Source: Candidatus Nezhaarchaeales archaeon
GTDB taxonomy: Archaea > Thermoproteota > Methanomethylicia > Nezhaarchaeales > WYZ-LMO8
Direction: 5' to 3'
NCBI GenBank assembly: GCA_038887515.1
Contig: JAWAKK010000001.1
Location: forward strand, 352,001 to 416,000
Length of the DNA: 64,000 nt
The number at the start of each line of letters is the position of its first letter. Position 1 is the stretch's first letter. Shown piece after piece: positions 60,044 to 64,000 of this stretch. A program made the translations under genes and the position numbers. Under the pieces are notes generated by a model. The model was not told where the DNA came from and did not search any database. It worked only from the letters and a program-made list of their open reading frames with translations.

Positions 60044-61087
60044 CTACGGTGTGTACGTGTACTTTACTTCAACTACCGCTAAATCGTGGTAAGTGTATGC
60101 GCCCCATCCGTCGGTTGCCTGGAAGCGTACCTTTAAGTCGTTAATTTCAGCAACTGTATCTACACCGAGCGCCTTTAAGTCTATAACCTCGGTACGATCT
60201 TGTCCAGGCGCAGGTAGGGGCGACAAGTTAATCGTACCCATCAACGTCGGCCCAACGTACACTCTTATCCTTGCATTATCTACGTGTGATGGTCTGTTCC
60301 ACTCGAAGTACAATACAACACTGTCTATCGATGCTCCAGCAGGTAGGGTTACCTTTTCAAACCATATATCTAGGTACTCAAACTCACTATAGCACTCACT
60401 CCACGTACTCTTAGTGCGATACCTATCATCATCACTTTGTTTAAGCCTGTTTAGATCTTGGCTCTTTAGCTGGTACCCAAAGTCTGTAGTGTCACAGCCT
60501 TTATTCGGATTCAAACGCACTGTCTCCGTTATCGCTTGAGCTGGCGGTACATACTCATTCCACTGTATCAATTCCATCTCTAGAGCAAACGGGTAGGATG
60601 CATCTTGGTCGGCACACTGCTCAACATGCACCTTAATTACGACGGTTATTTCATCTCCTTGATGTAATTGTCTCCCTACAGGGGCATCGTGCGTAATCTG
60701 TAACCAGACAGGTCCATCATTTGCTCCATATCCGCTCGACGGTGTCCAACCAATAGTGGTTATAACGGTTTCATTAACTATTGCTGGGACCGTTCCAGTA
60801 TATCTATACACGGCAGTTATTGTTGCGTTGTAGCATGGATACGTATTGTCTACGACTACAATAAGTGTATCTGTCCCCAAGCCGTCGAATATAACTCCTC
60901 CAACATCCTTATCGTAACCAGGATCTACACCTTCATCGTTAGATACCGCAGATACCCACATTCCTTCAACAGTACCAGTTTCAATAGTACCACTTACCAA
61001 GACGTTCGTGCTCCATAACGTGTACACTAAACCTATCAATAACATGACAGCTACGAGGGCTGAAAGTACATACGCAAGTTTTTTCAC
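60044..61087 (-). CDS. SipW-type substrate: TasA-like domain plus C-terminal beta-sandwich (adhesin-like) domain
   Basis: GLVYTLWSTNVLVSGTIETGTV; first about 180 aa colinear with 61114..61623 down to QWNE; extra about 160 aa domain. Confidence 0.75.
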   Translation of the reverse strand: MKKLAYVLSALVAVMLLIGLVYTLWSTNVLVSGTIETGTVEGMWVSAVSNDEGVDPGYDKDVGGVIFDGLGTDTLIVVVDNTYPCYNATITAVYRYTGTVPAIVNETVITTIGWTPSSGYGANDGPVWLQITHDAPVGRQLHQGDEITVVIKVHVEQCADQDASYPFALEMELIQWNEYVPPAQAITETVRLNPNKGCDTTDFGYQLKSQDLNRLKQSDDDRYRTKSTWSECYSEFEYLDIWFEKVTLPAGASIDSVVLYFEWNRPSHVDNARIRVYVGPTLMGTINLSPLPAPGQDRTEVIDLKALGVDTVAEINDLKVRFQATDGWGAYTYHDLAVVEVKYTYTP

Positions 61088-61113
61088 AGCAGATACCCCG
61101 CTAATTGCTTAAA

Positions 61114-61623
61114 CTACTCTGGTGCTTGGAATTCGTTCCACTGTACGAGCATTATATCAATCGTGAACGTGTATGTCGCGCCCTGTAGAGCATCATTTGT
61201 TAAGTGGACAGTTAACAGACAGTTGACCTCTTGCCCTGGCTCTATTTGGTCTCCCACAGCTATCCCGCTAACCACGACCCATACAGACGCGTTACCGTTA
61301 ATAGCTATGCTTTGAACTTTGACAGGAATTGTCCCAGTATTCTTTACCTTAAACTCTTGGAAGTAGTCTATGCTCGGATAGGCGTTTGTAATCGTAACCA
61401 CCAACGTATTTCCATCAACAAGAGCAGATATTTCGCTAACGTCTTTTCCAGGAACATCATCATCTCCATCGTAGCTGGCGCCTGCTATTATTTCTGCAGA
61501 GACCGTTCCAGTATTTATAGTACCGCTTACGTAGAGGTTCGTGGACCACAACGCGTAGCTTACTCCTAAGGCCAGCATAACTACGAGTAGTGATGCAACA
61601 ATACCGACAATCTTGGTCTTCAC
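61114..61623 (-). CDS. SipW-type substrate, TasA/camelysin/AbpA-like probable major fibre subunit
   Basis: MKTK-hydrophobic-GVSYA|LWSTNLYVSGTINTGTV SipW-class signal; NAYP, VKNTGTIPV, IEPGQ, QGATYTFTI motifs; GGAGGTGG RBS; first in operon. Confidence 0.8.
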   Translation of the reverse strand: MKTKIVGIVASLLVVMLALGVSYALWSTNLYVSGTINTGTVSAEIIAGASYDGDDDVPGKDVSEISALVDGNTLVVTITNAYPSIDYFQEFKVKNTGTIPVKVQSIAINGNASVWVVVSGIAVGDQIEPGQEVNCLLTVHLTNDALQGATYTFTIDIMLVQWNEFQAPE

Positions 61624-61638
61624 TCAAGCCACCTCCAT

Positions 61639-61745
61639 ATTTCATACATATTCTTGGGATCTATCATCGCCTTACGGCTTTAACGGGGGCCACCCCACAT
61701 TAGTCCCCCGGGAAGTACGTTTCATACGTACTCCGTAGGTAGGAG
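61639..61745 (-). promoter_or_regulatory. Structured 5' leader / conserved upstream element, copy B
   Basis: Stems GGAGUACGU/ACGUACUUC, CGGGGG/CCCCCG, GCC-GUAA-GGC and UACGG/CCGUA; TTTAAA box near 61764-61769; shares boxes with 55949-56057. Confidence 0.6.
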
Positions 61746-61940
61746 TTATCATGGAAAATGGTTTTTAAACATGTGAAACTTTCAGTAAGAATGAGCTGGT
61801 AGTTATCTAGGGGTATGTATCTGCTCGACCACACTTAATGCAGTTCAATCTACATGTAGAAGCATAGCGTAAATCAAAGGCCTACTTTCTATTATAAGCT
61901 TAAATCCAAAGGGCTTTAGGCCTTAAGGAGTTTTAGGTAC

Positions 61941-62177
61941 TTACTCTTCTACTAGCAGTTTAAGAAAAAGTCTTCCCTTATCGGTTGTTCGATAAATTTT
62001 TGGGCCGCTCGGTACTTCAACGATTTCTAGCAACTCTTTGCCGACGAGGTACTGGAGGTACGCTTGAAAGCGTTTAAAGTTTAAATTAGATTTATAGATG
62101 ATATGGGTTATTTTCTCGCCCTTAAGGCATAACCTAAGTATCTCCATAATTATATTAACTTGGTTTCTACGCATCAC
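61941..62177 (-). CDS. Small winged-helix regulator (HTH_45/DUF4364-like)
   Basis: RRNQVNIIMEIL..THIIYKSNLN..YLQYL..YRTTDKG. Confidence 0.8.
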   Translation of the reverse strand: MMRRNQVNIIMEILRLCLKGEKITHIIYKSNLNFKRFQAYLQYLVGKELLEIVEVPSGPKIYRTTDKGRLFLKLLVEE

Positions 62178-62368
62178 GAATCTACCATCTTCGTATTAAA
62201 ACTTTAATTAACCAGTGTTGCGCGTCTAGTAGTAGACGTTTACGTCCTTTGCTTTTAAAAGTATGTGAACTTTTTCAAGGTGAGGGGTATTAATCTACTC
62301 CAAGATATGGTCTATTAATTAAGGAACTGATAGTCCATAACGTCTATAAGTATCATCAATGATATCTC

Positions 62369-62614
62369 ATGTGTAGGCATTTTAAAAGAGGCGGCTCGAT
62401 TGAGAGGATGAAGAAAAACATTAGGCGTTTTCTTAGAGCACTGGAAGACGGGGAGTTTCACAACCTCGAGGACCTATCTAGGAAATTGAATATGCCGCTT
62501 GAATTATTGGTAGCCTTCTCAAACTTCTTGAAGAAATGGGACTTCGCGGATTTCGATGAGGAGGGTCGAAGGGTAAGACTTAAGCCTGACTTTCTTGAAC
62601 TCCCCCGAGACTAA
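62369..62614 (+). CDS. Small winged-helix protein
   Basis: LEDGEFHNLEDLSRKLNM..FLKKWDF..RRVRL; start may be ATG at 62408. Confidence 0.6.
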   Translation: MCRHFKRGGSIERMKKNIRRFLRALEDGEFHNLEDLSRKLNMPLELLVAFSNFLKKWDFADFDEEGRRVRLKPDFLELPRD

Positions 62615-62903
62615 GGTGTCTCTCGAGCTTCTTAAGAGCTTGGAAAAGTTTTTCTTCAGCTTCTTTGAGTTTCATAAATTCTTCAACGAAGTCCAGACCA
62701 TTCTTGGTAATCGCTATCTTTGAAGAACTACCATTTAAGGAAACGAGCTTCCTAGAAAGAAGGAAGGATAAGTACTTATTAGTCCTATTTAAGTTCAAGT
62801 TGACCTTGCGCATAATCATGGTCTTACTTTGTTTTCCTTCCTTAAGTAGAAGGAGGATGTCTGATAGGATGTCCAAGCCACTCCTTCTCTTCCTTTTAAT
62901 CAT
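62580..62903 (-). CDS. Small winged-helix regulator (HTH_45/DUF4364-like)
   Basis: RRSGLDILSDIL..KTMIMRKVNLN..YLSFL..ITKNG, C-terminal coiled coil. Confidence 0.8.
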   Translation of the reverse strand: MIKRKRRSGLDILSDILLLLKEGKQSKTMIMRKVNLNLNRTNKYLSFLLSRKLVSLNGSSSKIAITKNGLDFVEEFMKLKEAEEKLFQALKKLERHLSLGGVQESQA

Positions 62904-62957
62904 GGCTCTAGCAAGTACGATGACTTATATCCCCCTTAATAGATCTTCCCCCAACGC

Positions 62958-63008
62958 AAAAAGGGCAGCGGGCCCTACTAGGCCGCCACCCTACAACCGG
63001 CCAGGTTA
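62958..63008 (-). ncRNA. Candidate small RNA or attenuator: GC-rich hairpin followed by U5
   Basis: Minus strand GGGUGGCGG-CCUAGUAGG-GC-CCGCUGCCC-UUUUU; two G-U pairs work only on this strand; TTATATA box near 63034-63041. Confidence 0.4.
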
Positions 63009-63516
63009 GTTAACTAGTAATACTTCAGTTAAGTATATAATTGTTTCTATAAAATTCTTCTTATTTAAGCGAAGATTCTTTTAATCAATAAATGCAATGG
63101 TGGTTTTTATTTAATTTAAGCGTTGAAAATAAACGATATAAATACGTTAAAAATGTGCAAGCGTAAAAGTTTATGATTATAAAAGGGCTTCAACCATGTC
63201 ACGTTTACTGACATACCTTTTCTTTAGTTGAAGCGATTTCGTGAAGTCAAAAAAGCTTGTTTCATATTTAGGGAGACAAATTTGGATTTGACGTAAAGGA
63301 TAGCAGTTGTCAATATATGGATTCTGCTATCCTGAAGTTACGATTTTCGATGTAGTCTTCAAGAACTTTAAGGCAAGGTAAAGGCGTTTTGACGTTGAAA
63401 TGTTTTAGAAGTCAACTTCTTAGCTTGAAAGTTCCTTAAATTTATTTGGAGCCAATAACTATTTTAAATTATTAAGGATACATGTGCTAACTAGTTTTTT
63501 AGGAGTCGAATGGGGT

Positions 63517-64000
63517 TTGAAGGAGAATAATTGCGGCTCTTCTCTAATTCATGAATTTAAGGTTTACGTTGGTACTTCTGGTTGGCTTTACGATTGGAAC
63601 GTCGATGGAAGCTTTGACTGGTATGTGAGCTACTCTGAACTTAACGCTGTTGAGCTAAATGCCTCTTTCTACAGATTCCCATTTCCGAGCCAAGTGTCTT
63701 CTTGGGCTAAGAAGGGAAGTAAGCTTAAGTGGGCTATTAAGGTTAACAGACTCATAACTCACGTCAAGAGACTGAAAGAGGACTCTCTAAACATTTGGAT
63801 GAGGTTTAGGACTCTCTTGAAGCCAATGGATCACCTAGTAGACTTCTATTTGTTCCAGCTCCCACCAAACTTCAAGAGGACTAGCGAGAACGTTAGGAGG
63901 TTAAAGACCTACGCTGAGGAGACTGACTTGGGCTCTAGGTTTGCAGTAGAATTTAGAGACGTTTCTTGGTTTAACGATGAGACCGTCGATGTATGTGAAA
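63517..64000 (+). CDS. DUF72 family protein (runs off window end; start uncertain)
   Basis: VYVGTSGWLYDWN, LNAVELNASFYRFP, WAIKVNRLITH, LFQLPP, AVEFRD..WF. Confidence 0.9.
   Translation, partial: MKENNCGSSLIHEFKVYVGTSGWLYDWNVDGSFDWYVSYSELNAVELNASFYRFPFPSQVSSWAKKGSKLKWAIKVNRLITHVKRLKEDSLNIWMRFRTLLKPMDHLVDFYLFQLPPNFKRTSENVRRLKTYAEETDLGSRFAVEFRDVSWFNDETVDVCE

Noticed and set aside
61660-61750. Assignment of the leader to the fluoride, c-di-AMP (ydaO) or hammerhead families
   Set aside because: Only scattered resemblance (GGGGGAC..UGGGGUG, UAAA-GCC..GGC-GAUGA); core consensus elements are missing or out of order, so it is kept as an unassigned candidate.
1477-63009. Many 60-210 aa ORFs antisense to or nested within confident genes (for example 11276..11725, 39683..40135, 58353..58985, 62665..63009)
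   Set aside because: Shadow frames of real genes with no motifs or independent translation signals.
1-64000. CRISPR arrays, tRNA/rRNA genes, transposases, integrases
   Set aside because: No regularly spaced repeats, cloverleaf or rRNA-like segments, or recombinase motifs were seen by eye; a tRNAscan/Infernal run would be needed to fully exclude small RNAs.

Overview
Archaeal chromosomal window, probably from a thermophilic TACK-group organism (inferred from radA, orc1/cdc6, an aIF2B-like gene, geranylgeranyl reductase, class III signal peptides, TATA-type promoters and many Bathyarchaeia/Nezhaarchaeota-style genes). It holds two surface-filament loci. The first is a type IV pilus locus (10.2-18.2 kb). 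Its divergent promoter region carries twin TTGCAT-N4-ATGCAA palindromes shared with a small secreted protein and a tandem-Lrp regulator, and it is followed by a secreted membrane-anchored rhodanese and a Liv-type ABC importer whose binding protein has a pilin-like signal peptide. The second is a SipW/TasA-like (archaeal bundling pilus/biofilm-type) locus (54.9-63.0 kb) with three SipW-type substrates, a signal peptidase fused to a multi-TM domain, a DUF5305-like protein, a subtilase with Ig-like domains, three small winged-helix regulators and a structured upstream element present in two copies. The rest comprises an oxidative-stress cluster (dfx, prx), cdc6-radA, minimal sufCB, Mo/W and Ni/Co uptake systems, and a partly collapsed cobalamin cluster. 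The window is rich in deletion scars and chimeric pseudogenes (GT2, flippase, vapC, kptA, acdA, apgM|cobN|cbiM, cbiL|sufB). No CRISPR array, tRNA, rRNA or intact mobile element was seen. All calls come from reading motifs by eye; no searches were run.
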